Source: a virus
Taxonomy: Duplodnaviria > Caudoviricetes
Strand: one strand, 5' to 3'
Length of the DNA stretch: 63,871 nt
IMG/VR virus record: IMGVR_UViG_3300025012_000086
Span: 1-63,871 of that record
Shown: piece by piece, positions 28,517 through 37,879 of the stretch
How the letters are laid out: every line of letters begins with the position of its first letter
How positions within the stretch are numbered: the first letter of the stretch is position 1
Made by a program: the position numbers and the translations under genes
Notes under the pieces: generated by a model
The model's input: only the letters and a program-made list of their open reading frames with translations
What the model was told of the DNA's origin: nothing
Database searches by the model: none

Positions 28517-28941
28517 AGAGGGACACAATCGACGTCATCAGGGGAGCGGCCAGATCGGTCAAGCGTGAAGAGAATTATGAGCGCCATATGTACAAGGATT
28601 CCATGGGGATCTGGACCATAGGCTACGGCTTCAACCTTGAGATAGGCATAAGCGAGGATCTGGCGTCGAGGATCTGCGAGATGATCATCGAAGACCGGGT
28701 GAACGACGTGCTCACCGCCTGGCCATGGATGGAGAACCTGACCCCGGCCCGCCGCGAGGTGTTCTATGAGATGGCGTACCAGATGGGGGTTGAAGGGCTT
28801 TCTGAATTCAAGGACACCCTCAAGGCCGCAGAGGCTGGCGACATTCCCGGAGTTGTAGCCGGGATGAAGGATAGCTTGTGGTATCGTAAACAGGCCAAGA
28901 ATCGAGCTGGCCGACTCATCAAAAAATACGAAAAAGGATGA
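28504..28941 (+). CDS. T4-like lysozyme (GH24) endolysin
   Basis: E-x8-D-x5-T catalytic triad, TIGYG, DSLWY.Q..NRA; GGAGG SD. Confidence 0.9.
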   Translation: MGSIKRDTIDVIRGAARSVKREENYERHMYKDSMGIWTIGYGFNLEIGISEDLASRICEMIIEDRVNDVLTAWPWMENLTPARREVFYEMAYQMGVEGLSEFKDTLKAAEAGDIPGVVAGMKDSLWYRKQAKNRAGRLIKKYEKG

Positions 28942-28944
28942 AAC

Positions 28945-29511
28945 ATGACAAAGATCACCAGTATTATTCTCGGCATCGCGCTCGGCCTCATGGCCATGTC
29001 GCTCACCGGCTGCATCCAGGGATTGACCGGTAATATCGGCGAAACCAACAAGCATATAGCCACCTCGAACGAAAATATGTTCAAAGGGTTCGCCTCTGCC
29101 GTCCAGGCCTGCAAGACAGAGTCCTGTGTCACGGCAATCGGCATGGCCTTTGCCGGTGGCATGGGCAGACAGCAGTTCATGCGACCAGACACCCTGCTTG
29201 ACTGGATTCGGGCGCTCAATCAACCGCTCGACACGCTACTCCGTTACACTGACAGGCGCGGCCAGGAAGGCGGTGGCGGCGCTACCGGTAGCCTGGTGCT
29301 GAAAGGCAACCAGAACGTTGTTAACGTCGGCAATACCGCAGAGGTCAAAGGCGGCGGATCTCTCATCCAGGATCTGAGTACCGACTCGAAGCCATTCCAC
29401 GAGCAGCACACCTGGAACCAGGATGGGCAAAGCAGCGGCAACGGCACCACCGACAGGCACGACGTCAATCCTCCTCCTGTAGAAGAGGCACCGGTCGGAG
29501 AGGCCCTGTAA
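28945..29511 (+). CDS. Lipoprotein (spanin-like or exclusion protein)
   Basis: Signal peptide with LTGC lipobox, directly after lysozyme. Confidence 0.6.
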   Translation: MTKITSIILGIALGLMAMSLTGCIQGLTGNIGETNKHIATSNENMFKGFASAVQACKTESCVTAIGMAFAGGMGRQQFMRPDTLLDWIRALNQPLDTLLRYTDRRGQEGGGGATGSLVLKGNQNVVNVGNTAEVKGGGSLIQDLSTDSKPFHEQHTWNQDGQSSGNGTTDRHDVNPPPVEEAPVGEAL

Positions 29512-29512
29512 C

Positions 29513-29788
29513 ATGCACGGCATCGAAACCATTCAACGGATGAACGAGGACCGGCAGAAGATTGCGGACCTGGAGCGTCAGGTCAAGCAGCTCAAAATTA
29601 ATGAGCATTTCCTCCTTGATGCCGTAGATCAGATCCACGACTGCATATGTCCAGGGAAAGATGGCGACTGGCAGGCGAGGGCCAGGCAGGCGGTCCAGGA
29701 GGCCAGGAGTCTGAAGGTCATGCTTAACGACCGAAGACGGCTGTCGGAATACAACAGGGTTTCCGACGAGTTTGGCAATGAGTGTTAA
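29513..29788 (+). CDS. Hypothetical protein
   Basis: Coupled ORF. Confidence 0.5.
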   Translation: MHGIETIQRMNEDRQKIADLERQVKQLKINEHFLLDAVDQIHDCICPGKDGDWQARARQAVQEARSLKVMLNDRRRLSEYNRVSDEFGNEC

Positions 29789-29850
29789 GAAGGTAGCTTC
29801 CGATATATCGGAAATCATATGGGGCGGCATAGCATGGGGGGCTATATGTT

Positions 29851-30075
29851 ATGTCGTCCTCGATCAAGCAATCATATTGTTCGCGAGGTACTATGGCTGA
29901 AGAGGCGATCATGAGCAGGGCAGAATTGATGGAGGCCCTGAGGAGATCCGAGAAGAAGGTGGAGGAGTTGCTCACTTCCATCCTGGCTGGCAATATCGCT
30001 CCGAAGTGTGATGAGTGTCAAAAAAAGAGGAATGACTTCCTCGCAAATGCCCTGGATGAGGGCGCAAGGAGATAA
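29851..30075 (+). CDS. Hypothetical protein
   Basis: CxxC; start uncertain. Confidence 0.45.
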   Translation: MSSSIKQSYCSRGTMAEEAIMSRAELMEALRRSEKKVEELLTSILAGNIAPKCDECQKKRNDFLANALDEGARR

Positions 30076-30080
30076 GCAAC

Positions 30081-30563
30081 ATGTATCCCGAGTTTCAAGA
30101 CCTTCCGAAATACCGTTCCCATAAGATCGTTGCCGCTCTCAAGATCGGCCAGGTAAGCTGCAGCTACCAGGACATTGATAACGAGGGCCACAGGGCCATG
30201 ACCGACGTACTGATCACCCCGGACAACGAAAAATTCGCACCGTTCAACGTGACCCCCGACTGGTGGCATAAACACCTCCCGGCAGCGGGCGGCTACTTCG
30301 TCGTCTATAAAGACGGGTACTCGTCCTACTCCCCGGCCCCGGCATTCGAAGAGGGCAATGCCGAATGCCCAGATCTCGACCCCGATTGGCGCGAAAAGGC
30401 CCTCCGCAAGGCCTTGCTGTCGGTTGCCGCTATCGAAGACACCGTCGAAAGCCTTGAGGTGATGCTCGACACCACGAAGGCTATGGCCTGTATGGTAACC
30501 CCGGACATCAGCGAGCCGATAATCAACGCTGTGAAAATTCTGATCGAGACAAGGCGGGGGTAA
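30081..30563 (+). CDS. Phage protein of unknown function
   Basis: PKY.SHK.V.ALKI..GGY.V.Y.DGY.S.SP..FEEG. Confidence 0.65.
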   Translation: MYPEFQDLPKYRSHKIVAALKIGQVSCSYQDIDNEGHRAMTDVLITPDNEKFAPFNVTPDWWHKHLPAAGGYFVVYKDGYSSYSPAPAFEEGNAECPDLDPDWREKALRKALLSVAAIEDTVESLEVMLDTTKAMACMVTPDISEPIINAVKILIETRRG

Positions 30564-30565
30564 CC

Positions 30566-30832
30566 ATGGCTATTCGGATTGGTCACAAGGGTGTATGCGG
30601 AGGACTCTGCGGTTTCTGGCGGCAGGAGCCTGACTACAACCCGAAGTGGCCATCCGATAACTATGTCGGCCCCAGCGGTCTTGCCGTTGAGCCTGGCGAG
30701 GACATCCACTGCGGAAAGTGCGGATGCCGGGTGGAGATATCGGACATGGTCTGGCAGGGCAAGATTGTCACCCCGGACTTCTCAAGGATGCTCAGCCAGA
30801 ACCGCACCGATGGTCGAGGATTCACTTCATAG
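30566..30832 (+). CDS. Zn-finger hypothetical protein
   Basis: H...CGG, C..C. Confidence 0.5.
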   Translation: MAIRIGHKGVCGGLCGFWRQEPDYNPKWPSDNYVGPSGLAVEPGEDIHCGKCGCRVEISDMVWQGKIVTPDFSRMLSQNRTDGRGFTS

Positions 30833-30841
30833 GAGTTAAGC

Positions 30842-31009
30842 ATGTGTAATCACAATAGAGTTCAGGTTCTTCGTCGTGACGGTAAAGTCAGCCTGTTTGA
30901 GTGTATAGACTGCCTGCTGGTCACTGAACACCCAGGCAGGACCGAGTGGAGAAGCCGTAAGGCTGAAGACCCGGAAGCCAAGAAGCCCGAAGAAAAGAAG
31001 GCCGAGTGA
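30842..31009 (+). CDS. Small Zn-ribbon protein (55 aa)
   Basis: AGGAG SD; C.H..C..C. Confidence 0.5.
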   Translation: MCNHNRVQVLRRDGKVSLFECIDCLLVTEHPGRTEWRSRKAEDPEAKKPEEKKAE

Positions 31010-31017
31010 AAAAATGA

Positions 31018-31046
31018 TTGACACCTCTGGATTATAGTGGTAACAT
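31018..31046 (+). promoter_or_regulatory. Sigma70-type promoter
   Basis: TTGACA-17-TAACAT. Confidence 0.6.
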
Positions 31047-31060
31047 GGCCTTAAGTATGG

Positions 31061-31654
31061 TTGATGTTAAACTTAATCTGGAGGGTCAAAGTGAGCAATG
31101 CAACAATAGTCACGGTTCGAGGAAGAGTATTCGACTACCACAAGCCGCACAGCTATGAGTACGACATCTACGATATTTCCCATTCCCTTTCCAAGATCTG
31201 CCGGTTCGCCGGTAACACCTCAAGCTTTTACTCTGTCGCTCAGCATTCGGTGATCGTCGCCAAACTGGCAGCGAAGATCCATCCGGCACTGGCCAAGATG
31301 GCCCTGCTTCACGACGCGTCCGAGGCATTCATGAATGACATGCCGTCACCGCTCAAGAAGCTTTTTCCGGAATTCTCAGCAATCGAAGACAATATCCTGG
31401 TGGCGGTGTATAATTACTTCGATGTCAATATGCCGACAGATTACCCCGAGGTGATAAGTCCAGTGGTTAAAAAGATCGACCGGGAAGTTGGTATTGCCGA
31501 GATGCGCGACTTGTTCGACGGGAGAAATAGTCTTGTGACTGCAATTATTGGTGAGGCAGAGTACATACCTCAGATAGTTCCGCTCAACCACGAGGACGCT
31601 AACGGCATGTTTCTCCGGGCATTTTTCGACATCTGTAAAGGGAAATTTAATTGA
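31061..31654 (+). CDS. HD-domain 5'-deoxynucleotidase (YfbR-like)
   Basis: ICRF.G..YSVAQHS..LLHDASEA..D.PSP.K; likely start GTG 31091. Confidence 0.85.
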   Translation: MMLNLIWRVKVSNATIVTVRGRVFDYHKPHSYEYDIYDISHSLSKICRFAGNTSSFYSVAQHSVIVAKLAAKIHPALAKMALLHDASEAFMNDMPSPLKKLFPEFSAIEDNILVAVYNYFDVNMPTDYPEVISPVVKKIDREVGIAEMRDLFDGRNSLVTAIIGEAEYIPQIVPLNHEDANGMFLRAFFDICKGKFN

Positions 31655-31685
31655 CATTAGGCCATAAGTATATAGAATATAAGAT

Positions 31686-31913
31686 ATGGCCAGGACTTAC
31701 AGAAAATATCTCACGAGGACACCGCGCAGGGAAATGGTGCGCGAGCCACGGCGAATGAAAATATGGCAGGACCGAGAGTCAAGAAATAGGCGTCCAAGTC
31801 GTGGATGTCTAAATCATGGCTCATGTGAATACTGCGAACGCCAGCGGAGATATAATTCAATCAGAAGGATAGAAGCTGCTATCCAGGAGATGAAAGACCA
31901 TGGCACCGAATAG
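31686..31913 (+). CDS. Basic Zn-binding small protein
   Basis: C.NHG.C.YC; TTGACA-16-TAGAAT just upstream. Confidence 0.6.
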   Translation: MARTYRKYLTRTPRREMVREPRRMKIWQDRESRNRRPSRGCLNHGSCEYCERQRRYNSIRRIEAAIQEMKDHGTE

Positions 31914-32054
31914 ACCGCACAGGAAGGGCAGAATCACCCCGAATATGGAAGGCAATGCAGCGTACAAAGCCCTCTCCAAGAAGCCGCGCAATAAAAACTT
32001 GTTCAAGATCCCTGGACCGACCGAATACGAGAAGAAGAATCTGTGCGATAAACC

Positions 32055-32540
32055 ATGAATTACATCAGCAATAACGCCCATATATCACTGGATGGCCAGT
32101 ATCGATACACCCTGGAAAGAGAGTGGGACACCGGCCAGGGAACATGCGTTTTTATCGGCCTCAATCCGTCCACCGCTGACGCCAAGGACGACGACCCAAC
32201 GATTAGGCGATGCGTGGCTTTTGCCAAGAGTTGGGGGTATAAACGCCTCGTGATGGTCAACGCCTATGCATTCAGGGTTACCGACCCCAGGCATCTCAAG
32301 ACGCTGACTGACCCGGTTGGCCAGGTAAATGACATAGTTCTCAGGGGCATCTGCAGTGAAGCCAAAATGGTAGTAGCCTGCTGGGGAAATAATATTGAGA
32401 GAATCCGCCAGGACAATATACTCCTCCTGCTGGACAACCTACACGTACTTCGACTGACCAAGAAAGGCTTCCCCGCACATCCACTTTATCTCCCCGGCAA
32501 CCTTACCCCGGTTGTATGGGATCACTATCTGAGGTTCTGA
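32055..32540 (+). CDS. DUF1643 family protein
   Basis: YRY.L.R.W..FIGLNPSTAD..DDPT.RR..WG..HPLY. Confidence 0.9.
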   Translation: MNYISNNAHISLDGQYRYTLEREWDTGQGTCVFIGLNPSTADAKDDDPTIRRCVAFAKSWGYKRLVMVNAYAFRVTDPRHLKTLTDPVGQVNDIVLRGICSEAKMVVACWGNNIERIRQDNILLLLDNLHVLRLTKKGFPAHPLYLPGNLTPVVWDHYLRF

Positions 32541-32888
32541 ATGAAGATCGAGAAATGGCCGGGTCCAGGCGAACAAACATGTTCCACTGGCGGGCACAAG
32601 TTTTCCGTGGCAAGGCTGATCGAGCTGTCGAAGAGTCTCCCGGTAATGGAGATCCCGCTCGACCACCTAAACGTCTATTACACCTACAAGAACATGTCCC
32701 TGCGGATGTTCGTGTCCCATATGCAGGCTGTGCTGGATGCCGACATGTCGTGCCCCATTATCCTGGACGAGGATGGAGAGATCCTGGACGGCAGACACCG
32801 GGTAATGAAGGCCATGCTCCATGGCGACAAGACGATAAAAGCTGTCCGCTTTGACGAAAACCCAACACCCGACTGGATTGAGCCATGA
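32541..32888 (+). CDS. ParB-like nuclease-domain protein
   Basis: PIIL...G.I.DGRHR.MKA. Confidence 0.7.
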   Translation: MKIEKWPGPGEQTCSTGGHKFSVARLIELSKSLPVMEIPLDHLNVYYTYKNMSLRMFVSHMQAVLDADMSCPIILDEDGEILDGRHRVMKAMLHGDKTIKAVRFDENPTPDWIEP

Positions 32889-33235
32889 AAGGAAAAAGCT
32901 CTTGCCATATCCCGAGCGACAAATACCGGGACGGCTGGGACAGGATCTTTGGCCGTGAGGAGAAACCTGCAATGAAGATGAAGAGAATTTTTCCACCAGT
33001 GCCAATCGGCGGCAAGCTCTGGGCCTACGACATTCCCAAGGCTGTATATGAAACCATCCGGGACGAAGTCATCGCAGCCATTGGCCAGGAGGCCGAGAAG
33101 ACGTACCTGAAAGCGGTAGCCGATGGAAGCCCAGACCTTACCGAGGTTATCCATGAACTGCAGGCGTATCTGAGGAAGTTGTCCGATAGGGGTTATCAGG
33201 CGAGGAATAACTTCCATGTGCTTGAGGGAACATGA
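32885..33235 (+). CDS. Hypothetical protein
   Basis: Coupled ORF. Confidence 0.55.
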   Translation: MKGKSSCHIPSDKYRDGWDRIFGREEKPAMKMKRIFPPVPIGGKLWAYDIPKAVYETIRDEVIAAIGQEAEKTYLKAVADGSPDLTEVIHELQAYLRKLSDRGYQARNNFHVLEGT

Positions 33236-33489
33236 AACCGTTGAATGGTACTAAGTACAGGAAGCTGTCGAAGGTGGCTCAATCAATCCTGGCCGACATT
33301 GCCAGATCACCTATACCATGCTTAGAATTAAATCCAGGAGTGGTGAACAGGCTAGTAGGCGGCGGATACACGAACGTCATGCACTGCCCTTCACCATACA
33401 AATCACATAACGGTGGGACTTGTCCCTTCCTGGTGATAACATCGAAAGGCATGAGAGAGGTACAGCAATGGCAGCTCCGAGAAAGGTAG
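33232..33489 (+). CDS. Hypothetical winged-helix-like protein
   Basis: Coupled ORF, ..IT.KG.. C-terminus. Confidence 0.45.
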   Translation: MKPLNGTKYRKLSKVAQSILADIARSPIPCLELNPGVVNRLVGGGYTNVMHCPSPYKSHNGGTCPFLVITSKGMREVQQWQLRER

Positions 33490-34133
33490 ACTACAAAAGC
33501 ATTGAACCAGACTGGATAGCCGGGATCAAGTCGATACAGGAACTATGTTCAGAGTATGAGGCGCGAACGGGCACCAAGGTAACCAAGGCGTCACTGATCA
33601 AGCACTTCAATAAAGCTCAAATACCTCGCGACGTTAAGGCAAGAATCATCGCTCGCGCAGAGGCCATGGTAACCGAGAGAGAGGCCATGGTAACCATCAA
33701 AGAAGAGCGATTGAATGAGATGGACCGTAAGCAGCGGAACAGAGCTGTTGAGGACGCCACGGTACTGAACATAGCTGACCGGATATCAGCCGAGAGATCC
33801 GATGTAGTCAAGGCCAGGAACATAGTCCAGAAGATGTGGGACAAGGTATCCGCCATGGATGACATGGAAGCCGAGCTGCAGACCCTTGGCGAATACCTTC
33901 GAGATCCGTCTGAGAGCTTCGACAAGCTGAACGACATCTACGCCAAGGTCATATCCTTCCCCGGCCAGGTTGATTCGATCAAGAAATTGGTTGACTCGCT
34001 TCGCAATTTAGTGTTGCTCGAACGTGAGATCTATGGTATAAAGGTAGGTGAAGGCGAGGGCAATAAGCGCCACGAGAGTATCACGATCAGGTGCGTCCCG
34101 GCCCCGAGGCGAGACGAGGAGGATGACGAATGA
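33468..34133 (+). CDS. Terminase small subunit
   Basis: DY..IE.DW.AG..S N-terminal HTH, I.K...K....RD, LL.ER..YG C-terminus. Confidence 0.65.
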   Translation: MAAPRKVDYKSIEPDWIAGIKSIQELCSEYEARTGTKVTKASLIKHFNKAQIPRDVKARIIARAEAMVTEREAMVTIKEERLNEMDRKQRNRAVEDATVLNIADRISAERSDVVKARNIVQKMWDKVSAMDDMEAELQTLGEYLRDPSESFDKLNDIYAKVISFPGQVDSIKKLVDSLRNLVLLEREIYGIKVGEGEGNKRHESITIRCVPAPRRDEEDDE

Positions 34134-34336
34134 GGCGTGGTGAAATCCTCCCCGGCATGTACGTTGAATACCAGGGAGCGACCGGCGTTGTCATGTACCC
34201 GCTTAATATAAGCGAGAAAGGCCTCGTCACCATACTCTTAGACGAGGGGTATCAAGAGCGCTGGCCGCTGTCTGGAATCAAGGAAGTTTTCTGCATAGCC
34301 CTACTGGAGGAGCCAGATGCAACTGGGGAAGTATAA
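34130..34336 (+). CDS. Hypothetical protein
   Basis: Coupled ORF. Confidence 0.5.
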   Translation: MRRGEILPGMYVEYQGATGVVMYPLNISEKGLVTILLDEGYQERWPLSGIKEVFCIALLEEPDATGEV

Positions 34337-34508
34337 GGTCGAGAAGAAGGTGGCGAAGACCGGCAAGTGGGCCTCCACCAGCTTTGACGGAAAAGTATTC
34401 ATCAAGCTCTTCGGCATTGAGCGGCAGGTTGACGCTGAGCACAACCAGACCCTCATGTATTTCATCATCATCGGCAAATATGCCATTACCATTGAGAGGA
34501 CCAAATAA
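34317..34508 (+). CDS. Hypothetical protein
   Basis: GGAGG SD. Confidence 0.5.
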   Translation: MQLGKYKVEKKVAKTGKWASTSFDGKVFIKLFGIERQVDAEHNQTLMYFIIIGKYAITIERTK

Positions 34509-34720
34509 TGGAAGGAGAGGCTAAGATCTGCAGGATATGCCACAGTAAAGAGCAAGACCTGTTCCTGTGCGACGGGCTTGTGTCGCCGACATTCCCCAAG
34601 CTGGCCAAGAGCCTGAAGTGCCTCTACGGCCATTTCGATATCGACTTTGTCGAACTTGGTCCTGCCGCTGTTGGTTTCTGGCGCAACCTGCTCAAGGTCC
34701 AGCTTGAGGTCCGGTCATGA
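34508..34720 (+). CDS. Hypothetical protein
   Basis: TAATG coupling. Confidence 0.5.
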   Translation: MEGEAKICRICHSKEQDLFLCDGLVSPTFPKLAKSLKCLYGHFDIDFVELGPAAVGFWRNLLKVQLEVRS

Positions 34721-34908
34721 TGATGGTAATGATGCTCCTACAATGGAGTGACGCCTCGATTATGCCACACAACCGGGCAACCAACAAGCTAGTGAATACC
34801 CTTACCGGCAGGCTGACCTTCGACCAGTGCATCTTCATGGTGGAGCTGATGTGGCCCGACTACGCCAGTGACGTGAAGAGGAAGAGCGGAGGCTCGCTGC
34901 ACCTATAA
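34717..34908 (+). CDS. Hypothetical protein
   Basis: ATGA coupling. Confidence 0.4.
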   Translation: MMMVMMLLQWSDASIMPHNRATNKLVNTLTGRLTFDQCIFMVELMWPDYASDVKRKSGGSLHL

Positions 34909-35106
34909 TCCTGGCTCGAGAAAATCCGGAATGACACTCGCAATGATGCTGTACCAATGGGCCGAATGTGCTGGTTATAACAACTACAATCAGACGACCC
35001 GCTACGTCATGGCCGTGGTGATGACCAGGATGAAACAAGGTGCGTGGCGCAAGGTCCGTTACGAGATAATGAGCGGCTGGAAAAGCGGCGACAACAGGTG
35101 GTAGCT

Positions 35107-35373
35107 ATGAAAACAATGCGTGAGCTGGTAGAAGACAAAGTCATGGAGCTTTTCAGGGAGGGCTACGAAGAGGGCCTGGAGGCCTTCCACGAGCCGGTCA
35201 AGGTGACGGATATAGAGAGACGCATTTTGGCTTATCCGCACCCCAGGGTGATCGTTATCAACCCTGGACACCTTGAAGCGCTCTTCACGATGATCGAGGC
35301 CAGGGTCAAGTGCGCATATGACGCCGAGCTGCTCAAGGTGCTCGACGCCCAACTCTGTCAAGCATACAGGTGA
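35107..35373 (+). CDS. Hypothetical protein
   Basis: Operon-packed ORF. Confidence 0.5.
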   Translation: MKTMRELVEDKVMELFREGYEEGLEAFHEPVKVTDIERRILAYPHPRVIVINPGHLEALFTMIEARVKCAYDAELLKVLDAQLCQAYR

Positions 35374-35376
35374 GCC

Positions 35377-35583
35377 ATGCCGCACGGTAAGAACGTCATA
35401 CACCGCATACACGACGGTATGCAATTCTTCTTCTCCCCCGAGTCTGCACGGTTCGAGTTTGTCGGCTTCTATTTCGACCACGACAACATCTGCAGGCCAA
35501 TCCATGCCCAGTCGATCTACGGCCAGCACATCATGGCGTGGTTGGGCATCGAAACCGATGACAGCGGAATGCCGATAATATGA
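35377..35583 (+). CDS. Hypothetical protein
   Basis: Operon-packed ORF. Confidence 0.45.
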   Translation: MPHGKNVIHRIHDGMQFFFSPESARFEFVGFYFDHDNICRPIHAQSIYGQHIMAWLGIETDDSGMPII

Positions 35584-35954
35584 GAGATCCCATAGACATC
35601 AACAGGGTAATTCACAAGATGTGGCCAGACAAGTACCGGGTGAACGCCAGGATCAGCGTCAAGAGCTACGTTCGCCACATGCCCGACATCGACAAGGAGA
35701 TCCGCGCCATGCTTTCCCACGGCATAGCCGACGCCTTAGTTAATCGCCTGAAGGACGGCGGATTTTTTGAGCGCATTATCCCGGACCATGATAGAGTGAA
35801 TTGCAAATACTGCAGAGAGGAAGAGTATTCGTACGGCCCTCGCGCCGTGGACTGGAGAGACGATATCCTGTACCACGGAGAGGTATACGCGTTCACCAAA
35901 GAGGAGCTGAGAGAATTCCTGGTGGCTGTGTTAGGTGAGGCCCTATCGGAATAA
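35580..35954 (+). CDS. Hypothetical protein
   Basis: ATGA coupling. Confidence 0.55.
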   Translation: MRDPIDINRVIHKMWPDKYRVNARISVKSYVRHMPDIDKEIRAMLSHGIADALVNRLKDGGFFERIIPDHDRVNCKYCREEEYSYGPRAVDWRDDILYHGEVYAFTKEELREFLVAVLGEALSE

Positions 35955-36376
35955 TGGGATTCGTTTACGCTATTCATCATACGCCTACTGGTTCAAGGTA
36001 TATCGGCAGCACGGTAAACTTCGCCAGGCGCACCAAGGACCACGTCAACAGGCTTCGCAGTGAAAGGCATCATTGCGAGGCCCTGCAGTCGTTATGGAAT
36101 TCCTGTGCGCAGTCCGAATTCGAGTGGTATGTTATCGAGGAAACTGATCGGCACGAGGAGCGGGAACAGTTCTGGATAGACTTCTTCGGCGAAACCCTCA
36201 ATACCATTAAGATAGTTGGTGAGGTTCCGACGTGTCGCCGTAGGCCTAAGCCAGCTAAAGCTGAGTCCAGGATTGATCGATGGCGCAAGAAGGAGGCTGA
36301 CAGGCTCGAAAGAGAGGCTATGGCCGAAGTTGAGATGTATGTTAGGTACTTCCCCGATAGGTGCCGAACCAAGTAA
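35954..36376 (+). CDS. GIY-YIG endonuclease
   Basis: GFVYAI....YIGST....R...H..L..HH..LQ..N..REQ.WID..N. Confidence 0.85.
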   Translation: MGFVYAIHHTPTGSRYIGSTVNFARRTKDHVNRLRSERHHCEALQSLWNSCAQSEFEWYVIEETDRHEEREQFWIDFFGETLNTIKIVGEVPTCRRRPKPAKAESRIDRWRKKEADRLEREAMAEVEMYVRYFPDRCRTK

Positions 36377-36427
36377 CTGTTATCCGACAACTATCAAAAG
36401 TTCAACAAACCAGCCAATGGAGCGAGA

Positions 36428-37114
36428 ATGAAACTGAAAAGAAAGGTCAGGCGTCTGGAGCAGGGCATCACCATGCTTCGTGTTGACATGAGCAAGAAGC
36501 TGTCCAGGATCGAAGGTCTGCTCAAGGTCTTCATGAAAGACATCGGAGTGGACGTGCCCACTGATCACGAGGGGGCTTGCGTAGCCGCCTTCAAGAAGAT
36601 GCTGGATCAAATCGAGCCACCCATCATGCTCCCCAAGGCTATGCCCGAAGTGAAAGGCGACACCATCCGCTTCCGCCGCCGTGAGCTGCCTGGCGCTGAC
36701 ATCCTGGTATCCGAAGGCCTGACACCTACTCCCGAGACAATCAAGGACTTTAATGACGACATGCTTTGCCAATGCCCGCAATGTCGTGAGTACCGAGCCA
36801 ATGAACGTGTCAGGGAGCGCTTCGAGGGTATGCTACTTTCGAGCGAGGACGTAGCAGCCAGCCTTATCAACTTCCCGGACGACCCGGTCATGTGGCCCGA
36901 GGACTGCCAAGTGTTTATCGGCATCGACCCAGGCGTTGAAGACTGGAGTGGCATTGCCATGGTCAGGGATAACCCGGATGACGCGATGATCGACGCCATG
37001 ACATTCGGCACCGGCCTTTACAGAAGCTTCGGCCCTATCAAGACCGGAACCTACTTCACCGCATTGGCAACAGAGTCCACGGTCATGAAGGCTCTCAAGG
37101 AGATGAATGAATAA
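36428..37114 (+). CDS. Mosaic protein containing a major-capsid N-terminal fragment
   Basis: Residues ~54-105 align by eye with MCP residues ~17-84 of this phage. Confidence 0.6.
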   Translation: MKLKRKVRRLEQGITMLRVDMSKKLSRIEGLLKVFMKDIGVDVPTDHEGACVAAFKKMLDQIEPPIMLPKAMPEVKGDTIRFRRRELPGADILVSEGLTPTPETIKDFNDDMLCQCPQCREYRANERVRERFEGMLLSSEDVAASLINFPDDPVMWPEDCQVFIGIDPGVEDWSGIAMVRDNPDDAMIDAMTFGTGLYRSFGPIKTGTYFTALATESTVMKALKEMNE

Positions 37115-37547
37115 AGATAACTGGGAACGCAAGCTGGTAAAGTATTGGTCAGGCATGAACTACTCGCTGGTTCAGGTCCAGCCGAGAAAGATCATCGGTG
37201 CCAAGATGAGGGTGTTCGTGCATAACGTGCTTTCAATCCCTGGCCAGAAGAGACTATTAGAGGGCAGATGATCGGCAAAATCCTTCTGTTCACATCGCTG
37301 TGGATAATCATAGGCCTCATCATCTTCCGTGTCTGCAATGACGCCAAGAGGGACGGCTGGTGGCTTCACGACGAAGATCCGGAATGAGCGACATGCATAG
37401 ATGGTCACGACCATGGAAGGCGGCGAGGAGCACAGGGGAATAACCAAGTACCCGTCAATATATAACCGGCTCGATTCGACTGCGACATCCCTCTCGTCGG
37501 GGGTAAATCGCCTCTGCGTTTTTTCTGTGCAACCGATCAATGGTCAT

Positions 37548-37583
37548 GGTACTGTACAATCTAATGATGAATTGTACAGTACC
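37548..37583. repeat. 13-bp perfect inverted repeat (terminator or operator)
   Basis: GGTACTGTACAAT-N10-ATTGTACAGTACC followed by T-rich tract. Confidence 0.7.
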
Positions 37584-37602
37584 TTTTCCTTTTGGAGGAC
37601 CG

Positions 37603-37839
37603 ATGAAAGAGATTATCAAATTTGTTACAGAGGATGGCCAGGAGTTTGTCTCCGAGAACGACGCGCTGAATCACGAGATCAATGTTGACCTCATGATGCT
37701 CATGCCGGATAGCGAGGATTCCAGAGCCATGAACTGGACCAGGTTAGAGATCGCAATGTGGGTCAGGCGTAACATTGCGGCAATTAATGTAGCTATCTCC
37801 ATGGACCGGATCGAGTACCGGATTCCCAGGATCGAATAG
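37603..37839 (+). CDS. Hypothetical protein
   Basis: GGAGG SD; F.TEDG.EF..E..A..HE. Confidence 0.6.
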   Translation: MKEIIKFVTEDGQEFVSENDALNHEINVDLMMLMPDSEDSRAMNWTRLEIAMWVRRNIAAINVAISMDRIEYRIPRIE

Positions 37840-37879
37840 CCGACAAGAAACACCACAAGCAGAGGAGCTTCACGGTAGT

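Noticed and set aside
24007-31654. Z-genome (2-aminoadenine) system
   Set aside because: No PurZ or phage DNA polymerase recognised
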